From Candidatus Nanohalarchaeota archaeon (GTDB lineage Archaea; Nanohalarchaeota; Nanosalinia; Nanosalinales; Nanosalinaceae), in NCBI GenBank assembly GCA_022729235.1, contig JALDAJ010000001.1:96001-160000 (forward strand): a stretch of DNA of 64,000 bases. Reading direction: 5' to 3'. Of the stretch, positions 50,207-60,136 are shown piece after piece (the first letter of the stretch is position 1; each line of letters starts with the position of its first letter). Both the position numbers and the translations under genes were made by a program. Under the pieces are notes generated by a model, which ran no database searches, was not told where the DNA came from, and saw nothing but the letters and a program-made list of their open reading frames with translations.

Positions 50207-52455
50207 ACTCTTTCCGTAAGGGTCAGGGCGTCAACATCGACTGGACAGTGGGTCTCGCTGTCTTTCTAGTAAGCATGCTTTCAGGCATGATACTGGCAGC
50301 CGCGATGAACGTTGACCATGGCGCAGTAGACGAGACCCGGCAGGCAGCATCGCTTGTCCAGCAGGCTCTGGAGGAAGAAACATATGTAACTGGCAGACAG
50401 GCACCGCTCATCGTCCATACCCCTTCAGAAACAGGGAAGATACCCATCGACCGCGACTATATCTTTCCAGAAGAAGCCTATCCAGGATCAGGCGCGATGG
50501 ACACCCCCGCCGACATCGACATACCAGATCAACGCGTCACAACCGTAGTTGGAGGGAAAAACACGACTCACAGCCTGAGTTACTTCTTCGAGGATAACGC
50601 CAATATTAGTTATCAGGAAGAGAACGACATAGAAACTGGCGACCGGATGGAGAACACATATATCTCCGTTAAACCAGAAAGTCCCGGTCTTCAGTCCCTG
50701 CAGATAAACGGTAACGAAATCCTGAACGATAACGCGGACCTCAACGGCGGCGACTTCTCGATAGAAGAGCACGAGATACACGCATCCACACTTGACGGAG
50801 ACCTCAAACTGTACAACGGTTCCACCGAACTCATACTTGAAGACGCGGGAGATGTAGAGTTCTACCTGAAAGACTTTGACGATCTTTACTGGTACGCCGA
50901 CGAATCCACGACCACACTCGACACAACCAGCACATACAAGTCAGGAGAGACGAAAGGGTTCACCATCGCCTCGGACTACGGCATCACGTTCATGGGTGAA
51001 GACCTGGAAGCCACGGTTTCCAAAACCGATAGCTCAACCGTAGAAGCTGACATAACAGACGCTTCCCGCCTGAGAATCTACCTGCACGACTCCGGGACAG
51101 AAGCAGGCGAGGACAGGATAGAGTTCTTCGATGAAGGCGACATAGTATTCGGAGCCGAGGAAGTAATCGAAGGCGCGGACCAGGAAAAAGTCGAAGAACT
51201 GGCAGAAACCTCTGAAAGAAACTTCGAGAACAGGCTTGACCTGGACGACGTAAGTTACAACATCGCCTTCGGACCCTGGCTCAAAGACCTCGTCGCGGAG
51301 CAGCAGGACTGGAACACAGGAAGCTTCGAAGGAACCTCCGCGGACAGGAAAGACAACTCCGGCGACCTCGGACTCGGATACAGGAACGGTACCGCCGGAG
51401 ACTCACTAGTCGGATACTGGAGACTTGACAGAGAGGTCGCGGGAGATGGAGGAACAGTAATTGATTATTCAGGAGAAAAAAATGACGGCGCAACAGTTAA
51501 TGATGTGGAAACAGGAGCACCAGGCGTATTCGGGACGAACGCATTCGAGTTTGATGGTGAAGACAGTAAGGTAGATATTGATTCTCCTCTACTCGGCACA
51601 GAGGAAGCCACAATATGCTCTTGGATGCGTAGAGAACGAACTGATTTATCCCACGACTGGGGTCATGGAATCGTTAATGACTATGAAAATACAGATGGAG
51701 AAAGAAACTTTTTGTTCAGAGAATATCCAGCTGGTTCCGTACGTTATGGGTTTGGTGATGGTTCGTCGATAGATACCGGAACAATAGATATGGGGATTGA
51801 AGCTTTCAAATGGCATCACGTGTGTATACGGTTCCAAGGTTCCGATAGCAAATCGGCATGTGTTGATGGTGACTGTGTCTCAAGTTCGACTAGTATCAGC
51901 TCACTAGGAGAAAACGACAATGATAATGCTGAGATCGGGCAATACAGAGGTACTGCTCCTATGGATGGTAAAATCGATGAAATCAAAATCTACGACCGCG
52001 CTCTCTCGGAGGAGGAGATCAAGGAGCTTTACTTCCATGGTGAGCCTTTCAAGGGCAACTATACGCGCTCTGAAAGCTTTGATACGCTGCAGAGTTGGGA
52101 GTCTGTAAGGGCGGATGCGAGTGTTCCTGCGGATACCAGTCTGGAGATGGAGTTCGAGGCGGTAAGGTTCGGGAGCGTTGTTGACAGCCAGACATTCGGA
52201 ATTCAGGACGGAGAGGAGGAGTACCAGCTCTCTCTTGAGGAGACTGATGAGTACAGGGTTGTCTTCAGGGGAGAGTCAGAGGATGTCGAAAAGTCGTGGG
52301 AGGTAAAGGAGTTTGAGGTAGAGCACGGGCCTATGGTCAAGCGAGGTCAGACATTGCCGTTCCGTGACGTGGTTGTCTCTGATAGTCCGTCCGTTATGCT
52401 CGGGCGTTATGGAAACTTTTCTATAATCGACAGCAGGGTGGCGGTATGGCGGTAG
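50203..52455 (+). CDS. Class III signal peptide (pilin-like) protein with an inserted LamG domain
   Basis: RKG|QGVNIDWTVGLAVF; LamG from SLVGYWRLD to GKIDEIKIYDRALS. Confidence 0.8.
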   Translation: MNSFRKGQGVNIDWTVGLAVFLVSMLSGMILAAAMNVDHGAVDETRQAASLVQQALEEETYVTGRQAPLIVHTPSETGKIPIDRDYIFPEEAYPGSGAMDTPADIDIPDQRVTTVVGGKNTTHSLSYFFEDNANISYQEENDIETGDRMENTYISVKPESPGLQSLQINGNEILNDNADLNGGDFSIEEHEIHASTLDGDLKLYNGSTELILEDAGDVEFYLKDFDDLYWYADESTTTLDTTSTYKSGETKGFTIASDYGITFMGEDLEATVSKTDSSTVEADITDASRLRIYLHDSGTEAGEDRIEFFDEGDIVFGAEEVIEGADQEKVEELAETSERNFENRLDLDDVSYNIAFGPWLKDLVAEQQDWNTGSFEGTSADRKDNSGDLGLGYRNGTAGDSLVGYWRLDREVAGDGGTVIDYSGEKNDGATVNDVETGAPGVFGTNAFEFDGEDSKVDIDSPLLGTEEATICSWMRRERTDLSHDWGHGIVNDYENTDGERNFLFREYPAGSVRYGFGDGSSIDTGTIDMGIEAFKWHHVCIRFQGSDSKSACVDGDCVSSSTSISSLGENDNDNAEIGQYRGTAPMDGKIDEIKIYDRALSEEEIKELYFHGEPFKGNYTRSESFDTLQSWESVRADASVPADTSLEMEFEAVRFGSVVDSQTFGIQDGEEEYQLSLEETDEYRVVFRGESEDVEKSWEVKEFEVEHGPMVKRGQTLPFRDVVVSDSPSVMLGRYGNFSIIDSRVAVWR

Positions 52456-53099
52456 TTTCCTTACTCGAAGAGTTAGCGCACCTCAAGAAAATCTCCGATT
52501 TTCGCCGCAAAGGCTTTGTCTACACGCTTGAGGCTGTGATCGCTGCGACCCTCTTCATGACTATTATACTAGTTGTCCTCCCGGGGATCCAGGATCAGTC
52601 ACTGGATAGAGGTCTGCAGGAGTCGGTTCACGCCTCTATGGAGTCTCTTGACATGGCTGGAGAACTTGAAGCCGGGATGTCTGCTTCTGAGATAGAAGCC
52701 GAGCTAGACCCTTATATCCCTCCAGGAATCAGTTACTCGGTCAAACTGTCAGAGCTGGATACAGAGACCCGGCGTTTCAACGCGCCAGAGGAGTTTTCTT
52801 TCAGTGAAGAAGGTGACCGGGCAGAACTAAAGCTGTGGATAGATTACGCGGACGACCTTACCGTTACATTCCAGGACGAGACCATTGTAGAAAACCACGA
52901 CTCCCCGGATTATATCCAGGGAGAGCTCTCTGGGGCAGATGGTGACCTGAGCTTTACAGGGGACGGAGAGGGCAGGTTCGACTTTGATGTGTATACTTCG
53001 AGCGGTGAAACACCAGATACAGAGAACCTGAGGTCGGTTAACTACATCATCTCAGGGGAGAAAATAACAGAGATACAGGTGTTCCTATGGCAGGAATAA
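52446..53099 (+). CDS. Archaeal minor pilin-like protein
   Basis: RRKG|FVYTLEAVIA followed by a hydrophobic helix. Confidence 0.8.
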   Translation: MAVVSLLEELAHLKKISDFRRKGFVYTLEAVIAATLFMTIILVVLPGIQDQSLDRGLQESVHASMESLDMAGELEAGMSASEIEAELDPYIPPGISYSVKLSELDTETRRFNAPEEFSFSEEGDRAELKLWIDYADDLTVTFQDETIVENHDSPDYIQGELSGADGDLSFTGDGEGRFDFDVYTSSGETPDTENLRSVNYIISGEKITEIQVFLWQE

Positions 53100-53653
53100 C
53101 CAGTTATACCGGTAGAAAAGGGCAGACATTTATCCTCGGGTCAATAATTTTCTCACTGTTCCTTGTCATCGCGTTTATCGCGACAGGACCTGTTATCCTT
53201 ACTCCAGAGACAGGTGTGTCAACTTATTTCTCGCAGACACTGGGAGAATCCAGCAATGTCTTCAACCATGCATTAGAAAAAGAGCGTTCTGCAGAGCATA
53301 TCAGCACACGCATACACCGCTACGACCGTTTTGTGGAGCGTAGGGCGCTGGAGAAAGGCATAACTTACGAGACATACACTCTTGTGGTTCTCCCGCAGGA
53401 GGGAGAGGCAAGATTCACCAACCTGATGGATGAAGACCTGGATGTAAGTCTTTACACCGGCAGCTGGGAGGACTATGAAATCGAACAGGGTCAGAACCTC
53501 TCCACGACCTTCGAGCCCGGAACTGTATCGGTCGAGCTCGTGGTAGATAACCTCGACAAAGAGCACTCTTTCGATGCTTCAACACCTAGATTACTCAAGC
53601 ATTCAGTGATGGAGTCTGAAGGCGAGAGATGGGAGAACACGCTTCTAGGGTAA
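53087..53653 (+). CDS. Archaeal minor pilin-like protein
   Basis: RKG|QTFILGSIIF followed by a hydrophobic helix. Confidence 0.78.
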   Translation: MAGITSYTGRKGQTFILGSIIFSLFLVIAFIATGPVILTPETGVSTYFSQTLGESSNVFNHALEKERSAEHISTRIHRYDRFVERRALEKGITYETYTLVVLPQEGEARFTNLMDEDLDVSLYTGSWEDYEIEQGQNLSTTFEPGTVSVELVVDNLDKEHSFDASTPRLLKHSVMESEGERWENTLLG

Positions 53654-53684
53654 TCATTTAAGCCGGCGAGGAAAAAATGCCTGT

Positions 53685-54413
53685 ATGAGCAAGGGCTTAT
53701 CCCAGATAGCGACCGCCGCCCTGTACGTAGGTGTTACCATTACCGCGATCTCGGTAGCTCTCACCGCTGGTCTTCCTGCGCTCGAAAACATACAGGATGC
53801 CGCCGCGATATCACAGGCGGAGACCTTTATGCACGAACTCGACTCCAACATACAGGAAGTGGTCTCCGAGGGAGAAGGCTCTACGCGAACGCTTGAGGTA
53901 AGCTTTGAACGCGGAGAGATGTACTTTGAAAACGAGACAGACTCATTGATATACGAGCTTCAAACAGACGCAGAAGTTATCTCGCCGCAGTCATCCCAGA
54001 GAACAGGAAACGTTATCCTGAGCTCTAACGCCGAGGTGGAAGTATTTGAAACAGAAGTAGGTGGCGAGGACTGCTACATGATGAGAAACGAACACATAAC
54101 AGCATGTATCAACAATACCGGTAGCCCGGACAGCTTTGAGGACATAGACACTTCTGACCTCCTAGTAACCTATAACTTCACCGGTACAGAGCCAGACAAG
54201 GCTCTCGACGCCGAGATGAGCGTAGAACTTAATGAAATAGAAGAGACGTCCTGGGGAGAAGGGTATATCGAAGCTGAAACCACTGGCGACTTCATAGGTA
54301 CCGGGCGCGTCCGGGCAACTGTAATCAGCGAGTACGGCTACACTTACGATATAATATTCTCACTACCTACCGGCGCGGATTTCCTCCAGGTAGATGTCCA
54401 GAATTTCCGGTAA
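53685..54413 (+). CDS. Archaeal pilin-like protein
   Basis: MSKG|LSQIATAALYVGV..., LDSNIQEVVSEGEGSTR. Confidence 0.8.
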   Translation: MSKGLSQIATAALYVGVTITAISVALTAGLPALENIQDAAAISQAETFMHELDSNIQEVVSEGEGSTRTLEVSFERGEMYFENETDSLIYELQTDAEVISPQSSQRTGNVILSSNAEVEVFETEVGGEDCYMMRNEHITACINNTGSPDSFEDIDTSDLLVTYNFTGTEPDKALDAEMSVELNEIEETSWGEGYIEAETTGDFIGTGRVRATVISEYGYTYDIIFSLPTGADFLQVDVQNFR

Positions 54414-54770
54414 TCAAGTCCCGGGAACTCCTATAGCCGTAAAGGCTGTGACTTCAAACAGGGCAAGTATGTAAAGGACTACAAGCACCGATACCCACGC
54501 GATCAGCCCTATACCGGCTGCTTCAGTCCATCCTCCAGGATACATCATATTGATTACAGCAATCCATGCCAGGAGCGCCAATAAAGGTCCTACAAGAGGT
54601 ATGACTCCGAGAAAAAAGCCTACAACCGCCCAGACAATAGCGCCTATCAACGCGGTCACAACTGCATCAGAGTACTCTGACTCCTCAACTATAGCCATGG
54701 CTCCCAGGTGAATACCGAGTGCGCCTATCGCCAGGCTTACGAGGAAAACAACTATAGAGGCTAGTACCAT
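54414..54770 (-). CDS. Small 4-TM membrane protein
   Basis: Almost entirely hydrophobic; YPGGW motif. Confidence 0.75.
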   Translation of the reverse strand: MVLASIVVFLVSLAIGALGIHLGAMAIVEESEYSDAVVTALIGAIVWAVVGFFLGVIPLVGPLLALLAWIAVINMMYPGGWTEAAGIGLIAWVSVLVVLYILALFEVTAFTAIGVPGT

Positions 54771-54898
54771 GTCCCAAACCGTCTTATCCAGTTTAAAATC
54801 GTTATGCTCACCGGAACAAATGTTTTCATCGACCTAAATCCATGGTAACCGCTAATTACACCCGATAACCATCGCAACCCGAGACCTAATACACCTCC

Positions 54899-55618
54899 TT
54901 ACTCCATCTCCTCTGTCTCTTCCCTGGCTCTCCGAGCCCATTCATCGATGTTATCATCCACGTAATCTCTCATACCCAGTCCGAAACCAAGACCTATGGC
55001 GAGCGCGATTCCGAGACCTAGCCCCAGCGCTGCAGCGCCGGCGAAGATATACAGGAACCCTACGTCGACACCCATCGTGTCGAGACCTATCGCGATAACC
55101 AGGAAGTAAAGGAATACACGGACACCGTCCGCGAACCAGCCGGTGTAGCGCATATGAGTAACTGCCCTGGTACGCTCTATCACATCTCCTAGAAAGTCGG
55201 CGAGTATGAACCCGATTATGATTATCAACAACCCGGCTATAAACGCAGGTAAATACGCGACAGCCATTGACATCCACTGTGAAAGCATCGGGATCGCAAG
55301 CACGTCGACCGCGGCGAAAATAGCAAGGATGTAGATGAACCATTTCACCAGTTTCCCGAAGAACAATGAGACCGCGTCCTCGGTCTCCCCTATCATCCTT
55401 CCTATGGGAGTACCCACTATCCTGGCATCAAGCTCTGTTCTCGCCAGTAGCCTCCTTACAAAGGACCCTACAAATATACCTACAGCCCATCCTATCAGGA
55501 GTATTACCAGTGCGGCAAAGATACGTGGAAAAACAACAATCAGAGACTGTAGCGGGTCCTGCATCCATGCAGGCATCTGGTTTATAAACTGTTCTTCCTG
55601 TACCTGTAAAGCAGTCAT
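54899..55618 (-). CDS. TM-helix-repeat (CmpX/MscS-associated) membrane protein
   Basis: Duplicated PRIFAALVILLIGW / PAFIAGLLIIIIG units; ALAIGLGFGLG. Confidence 0.8.
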   Translation of the reverse strand: MTALQVQEEQFINQMPAWMQDPLQSLIVVFPRIFAALVILLIGWAVGIFVGSFVRRLLARTELDARIVGTPIGRMIGETEDAVSLFFGKLVKWFIYILAIFAAVDVLAIPMLSQWMSMAVAYLPAFIAGLLIIIIGFILADFLGDVIERTRAVTHMRYTGWFADGVRVFLYFLVIAIGLDTMGVDVGFLYIFAGAAALGLGLGIALAIGLGFGLGMRDYVDDNIDEWARRAREETEEME

Positions 55619-55808
55619 AGATTACCACGGGACAGGGAACCCAGTTACGGCGATTTTTAAACCCATTACTTCACTCTCCCGCAATATTTCCGCTAGAAAA
55701 CCGGTTTGAAACTGTCAAACCTGCCTAAAACATCTTCTACAACCTCAAAACCACTGTAAATAACTACCCTAGTAATTTAACAGGAAGGTCAAAAATATCC
55801 AGTAAACC

Positions 55809-56273
55809 GTGAAAAAACACATCGCTCTACTTCTAACCCTGGCACTGCTATTCGCGGGCGTCGCTGCGTATCAAGCGGACCGAGATATGTCGCAGGCATC
55901 CAATATTTCTTCTTTCGAAGAGGAGACCATCAACATCTCCCACGTAAAAGATGAGATTCCCGGACCAGTAGAGCTTCTGATCCCCGGTCAGAGAATCAAC
56001 ACCAATATCGAAGGCGTGCACGAAAATGCCACAACCCAGTTTCCCCGGAATCTATCCGTAGAGGTAGACTCATCTCTTGAAGAGGTTACGGTAAGCAAAA
56101 ACCATACGGAAGACCCGACGCTTGAGATATGGTTGGATATCAGCGTTCTAGCAGAGGATCCGTCACAAAGCGGGATTGTAGACCACATAAAGGAAGGAAA
56201 TATAGAAATCAAAGCCCACGGATTACTGAACAACGCGCTGCTTTTCACCGCGGAGAGAACCTTCCTGAGGTAG
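55809..56273 (+). CDS. Hypothetical secreted protein (SCP2-like pattern)
   Basis: Signal peptide; DPTLEI...IKEGNIEIKAHG. Confidence 0.55.
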   Translation: MKKHIALLLTLALLFAGVAAYQADRDMSQASNISSFEEETINISHVKDEIPGPVELLIPGQRINTNIEGVHENATTQFPRNLSVEVDSSLEEVTVSKNHTEDPTLEIWLDISVLAEDPSQSGIVDHIKEGNIEIKAHGLLNNALLFTAERTFLR

Positions 56274-56326
56274 TCTATACGCATCTGATACAAACTAATT
56301 AATATCGAAAACCTATTTTACAGCTT

Positions 56327-56839
56327 ATGAGAGTCTTAAAAACCTCTATAATTGTTTTATCGCTAATCATAATCGCCTCAGGTTGTATAGACAGTAAAAA
56401 AATCGATCAACGCCCAGTAGAAGAGGTAATCGATGCTGACACAGTAAGAGTTAAAGACGCTCCAGGAACGGAGACCATCCGGATAATAGGTGCGGATGCA
56501 CCTGAAACCTTTGGTCAGAACCAGCCAGAGTTCTTCAACCTTGAAGATACAGAGGAAAACCGGCAGTGCCTGGATGAAAAAGCCAAAGAAGCCGATGACT
56601 ACGTTAGAGAGTTACTGGAAAACGAGACGGTCAGGCTGGAAACAGACCCGCTTGAAGGACCACGAGACCAGTACGACCGGAAACTGGCGTACGTCTTCAT
56701 CGACGGCAAAACCATTGGAGAAAAGTTAATGGAGAACGGCTACGCTACTGTTTTTCCCACAGACTTCAGGTACGAGAGGAAATACCAGGAGTTAGAGGTA
56801 GAAGCAAAGCACCACGAGATAGGGGTGTGGAGCTGTTAG
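56327..56839 (+). CDS. Thermonuclease (SNase-family) lipoprotein
   Basis: Lipobox IASGC; VIDADT, IRIIGADAPE, DQYDRKLAYV, L...GYA, GVW. Confidence 0.9.
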   Translation: MRVLKTSIIVLSLIIIASGCIDSKKIDQRPVEEVIDADTVRVKDAPGTETIRIIGADAPETFGQNQPEFFNLEDTEENRQCLDEKAKEADDYVRELLENETVRLETDPLEGPRDQYDRKLAYVFIDGKTIGEKLMENGYATVFPTDFRYERKYQELEVEAKHHEIGVWSC

Positions 56840-56849
56840 AAACGATGTA

Positions 56850-57194
56850 CTATAGTAAGTTAATCGTTATCGGATAGTCCCAGGCTTCTCCTTCAGAAGC
56901 CTTGACAGCAGCCACTATACAGAATATCAGGTCAAGTAGCCCCAGTATAACTACGAAGAGAAATCCTATCAGGACAACCATCAGTACAGCGGATATAACC
57001 ATATAGATGGAGAATGAAATCTGCCAGTTAAGCGCATTAGCCGCATTCTCCTTGACAAACTCGTCATCAGTGAAAACATAAACCAGAAGAGGACCCAAAA
57101 TCCAGGTAAAAAGAGCCAATATATGCGTTAGAGCCGCCAAACCCGCATCATTCTCGGTCTGACCTGAACTCTGCTCTCCGTTTTCCTCTTCCAT
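56850..57194 (-). CDS. DUF4870-like membrane protein
   Basis: AALTH...GPLLVY...FVKENA.NALNWQI...ASEGE.W.YP; ATG at 57194. Confidence 0.85.
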   Translation of the reverse strand: MEEENGEQSSGQTENDAGLAALTHILALFTWILGPLLVYVFTDDEFVKENAANALNWQISFSIYMVISAVLMVVLIGFLFVVILGLLDLIFCIVAAVKASEGEAWDYPITINLL

Positions 57195-57367
57195 AACTAA
57201 AACCTCTCCACCATATTTAATAGTCCTGCGATTCTTTGACAGCTTCTTAACCTGAATCAGTCCGAAATAGTTTCGTGGAGTAAAGACCTCTTGGTTGAGA
57301 GAGTCCTGAAAATTAGAGGCAAACACTTTATATCAGCTCATAAAAAACATCTCCAGGAGAGATAAAC

Positions 57368-59374
57368 ATGGACCTATTCTCGGCGATACTGCTGGCACAC
57401 TTCATGGGCTTCATCATGGGTGTCGGCGGCGCCACGGCGAGTGATGCACTGTTTTTCAAGACCATCAAGAACCGTCAGATAAGCCGGGACGAGTACAAAC
57501 TCCTGCACGAGGCTGGCAAAGTGGTTATGGGCGGACTGTCCCTGGCGATTATCTCGGGCATAGGTCTGCTACTTTACCAGTACTCCCAGATCGGTGAGAT
57601 AACTTACTGGGAGAACGCGTACTTCCAGGCAAAGCTTGTCCTCGTATCCCTGGTAGCTCTCAACGGTATCGCGTTCCACAGGAAAGTCTTGCCTTTCATG
57701 GAGAACCACCTTGGAGAAGACATGAGAGAGGAAGAGTTCAGCTCCCGTTTCTGGCTGTTCTCACTTACCGGCGCGGTTTCCATCACTTCCTGGTGGGGAG
57801 TGATATTCCTAGCAGTACTGGCTCCAACGCTACCGCTGCTGTACATCCTTAATATCTATCTACTCGTAATCGCGTCCGGCGCGCTGTTCGGCTACCTGAT
57901 GATGACACACGAGATATTTGCCGATAGGGAAATCCGAGAAGACTTCTCCGAAATCCCACATCGCTCCCTGGGAATCGCCGGCCTATTATTCGCAGGACTG
58001 GTTGTTCTGGGAGGAGCCTACCACGTAGCAAGTGCGGATGAGGCACACCATACTGTTTGTATAGTTGAAGATCCGCCATGGTTTGACTCGCCGGTTCTAG
58101 AAATAGAGCCGGGAGACACCGTTGAATGGGTTTACTGTGACGGCGACCACGGCATCCACACCCATCCTATCGAATCTATAAGCGGTCCTGAAGAGTTCAG
58201 CAGCGGTTTTGGTCTTGTTGGGAAAGGCGAGGAGCGTGATACCTTCCAGCATACCTTTGAAGAGGAAGGAGTCTACGAGTATATCTGTCCGACACACCCC
58301 TACATGATGGGTGTTATAGCTGTCGGCAGCGACTACCATGACGAGGTTGGAAAAGAAGATGTGTGGCCGAAAGAGTCGATGGTAGCGGAAGAAGAAATAC
58401 TTGACGAACCCGATGTTCCAGGAGTTGGAGAGATATGGGTGAACACGCAGTATGAGGACATCGATGGTCAGGAAAATCCTGGCTCGATAACTGTTATCGA
58501 TGCGGAGACCTGGGAAATAACGGATACTATCACCCACGAATCATTCAACAACCCTCACAACCTGTGGAACGAGTACGAGGAAGAGTACGTTTTCCAGACA
58601 CAGTGGCACTCAAACGTCATAAACAAGATAGATGTAGCGAATCGCGAAGTGATAGAGACTCAAGAAGTCGGAAATGCTCCCGCCCACCTGTTCGTACATC
58701 CTGAAGAGGACAGGCTTTACACCACGCTCAACAACGAGAACCGTGTGGTTGTTACAGACCTTGACCTGAACATACTCGGAGAGATAGACAGCAGTTTTGG
58801 AGCACACGGCATATGGATGGATCCCTCGGGCGAGCATATGAGCGTCGCCGCCACGCTCAACGAGAAACTTGACATAATAGACCTTGAAGAGGAAGAAGTG
58901 GTTGAAACATTTGACGCTCCAGGCTTCCCGCTCGCAACACAGGTAACACATGACGGACAGTACGCGATGATAAGCCTGCTTTTCGAAGGAAAGGTAAGAT
59001 TTGTAGACCTTGACACGATGGAAATCGAGAAAGACGTGGAGGTCGGCGAACTACCTATCTGGGCGATGCCTGGTCCGAAAGGCGATTACGTCTTCGTCCC
59101 TAACACAGGTACTGCAGACATCTCCGTGATAGACTTGGAAACATTGGAAGTCGTGGAGACCCTTGACGCAGGCGCAGGCGCTCACGGAATCAGCTTCGGC
59201 GAGAAACAGGGAGGTGGCTATTACGGATACACCAGCAACAAGTATGAACACGTTGTAACAGTTATAGACTACGAGAACATGGAGACACTGGGTCACATAG
59301 ATATTGAAGAGGAAAAAATCGGCGGAAACGGCATATTGACGATTCCTAACCCTTACACGGAGATGGTAGAATGA
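57368..59374 (+). CDS. Fusion of a multi-TM domain, a type-1 cupredoxin and a YVTN/YncE-type beta-propeller
   Basis: About 6 TM helices; LEIEPGDTVEW...H...YEYICPTHPYMMG; propeller blades NPHN, APAH, GAHG. Confidence 0.8.
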   Translation: MDLFSAILLAHFMGFIMGVGGATASDALFFKTIKNRQISRDEYKLLHEAGKVVMGGLSLAIISGIGLLLYQYSQIGEITYWENAYFQAKLVLVSLVALNGIAFHRKVLPFMENHLGEDMREEEFSSRFWLFSLTGAVSITSWWGVIFLAVLAPTLPLLYILNIYLLVIASGALFGYLMMTHEIFADREIREDFSEIPHRSLGIAGLLFAGLVVLGGAYHVASADEAHHTVCIVEDPPWFDSPVLEIEPGDTVEWVYCDGDHGIHTHPIESISGPEEFSSGFGLVGKGEERDTFQHTFEEEGVYEYICPTHPYMMGVIAVGSDYHDEVGKEDVWPKESMVAEEEILDEPDVPGVGEIWVNTQYEDIDGQENPGSITVIDAETWEITDTITHESFNNPHNLWNEYEEEYVFQTQWHSNVINKIDVANREVIETQEVGNAPAHLFVHPEEDRLYTTLNNENRVVVTDLDLNILGEIDSSFGAHGIWMDPSGEHMSVAATLNEKLDIIDLEEEEVVETFDAPGFPLATQVTHDGQYAMISLLFEGKVRFVDLDTMEIEKDVEVGELPIWAMPGPKGDYVFVPNTGTADISVIDLETLEVVETLDAGAGAHGISFGEKQGGGYYGYTSNKYEHVVTVIDYENMETLGHIDIEEEKIGGNGILTIPNPYTEMVE

Positions 59375-59808
59375 GTGAAGAGCAGAGCTTTCCAGGACTG
59401 AGATTCCCGATTGCGATGCTGGCGGTCGCAGGTGTACTGGCAGCAACGCTGACAGTTCAAACAGTCTTCCTGATAGACTCAGGGGAGTTTCTTGCGGAAA
59501 CGGCAGCGGAGGAAACAGACCTGAGTCCTGAAGACGCTGACGTGCATGTAGCAGTCGGAGACGGCTACTTCATCCAGGATGACAGCGACCTGCCGGACGA
59601 TGTTGTCGAGGCAGAGGTAGGAGACGTGATCTACTTCTACAACGAGGGAGACATCAGGCACACCGCCACAGTACCAGAATTCGGATTTGACAGAGAGCTT
59701 GATCCAGGAGAAGAAGCTTTCCTCGAGGTCGACGAGCCAGCAGAAGAAACAGTCCTGGACTGCACACTGCACGCGCACCACGAGGCAGTTCTGACAGTCA
59801 GGGAGTAA
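59371..59808 (+). CDS. Membrane-anchored cupredoxin
   Basis: TM helix; VGDVIYFYNEGDIRHT...DCTLHAHH; ATGA-coupled to the upstream gene. Confidence 0.75.
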   Translation: MSEEQSFPGLRFPIAMLAVAGVLAATLTVQTVFLIDSGEFLAETAAEETDLSPEDADVHVAVGDGYFIQDDSDLPDDVVEAEVGDVIYFYNEGDIRHTATVPEFGFDRELDPGEEAFLEVDEPAEETVLDCTLHAHHEAVLTVRE

Positions 59809-59818
59809 GTAGAGAAAA

Positions 59819-59867
59819 TGGCAGGAACCCTGATTCGAAACTCGAAGATTCTCTAGGATCTGAACCG
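59819..59867 (-). repeat. Degenerate tRNA-Pro 3' remnant with a short insertion
   Basis: tggcaggaaccctgattcgaaa...ggatctgaaccg compared with the tRNA's tggcagggcccggatttgaaccg. Confidence 0.65.
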
Positions 59868-59921
59868 AAATTACAGAGGGGTGCGGGAAAAGATAAAAAT
59901 ATTCAATACACACATCTGTGT

Positions 59922-60134
59922 ATGTCAACAAAAACAGTTTCACTCAGAGAAAGTGCTTACGAAAAATTGAGGAATTTGAAAAGAGAGAACGAAAGTTTCT
60001 CTGATGTAGTTGAAAGAATCTCGGAGGAACAAGAGCAGAACTTAGAAAAATTCAGCGGCTCATTCCCAGAAATCGGAGAGGTCGAAGAACAGTTGAAAAA
60101 AGAAAGGGAAGAGTTTGAAATGAGGAAGGATTAA
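59922..60134 (+). CDS. vapB: VapB-type antitoxin (DUF217-like)
   Basis: KTVSLRESAYEKL..LK...ESFSDVVER. Confidence 0.88.
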   Translation: MSTKTVSLRESAYEKLRNLKRENESFSDVVERISEEQEQNLEKFSGSFPEIGEVEEQLKKEREEFEMRKD

Positions 60135-60136
60135 AC

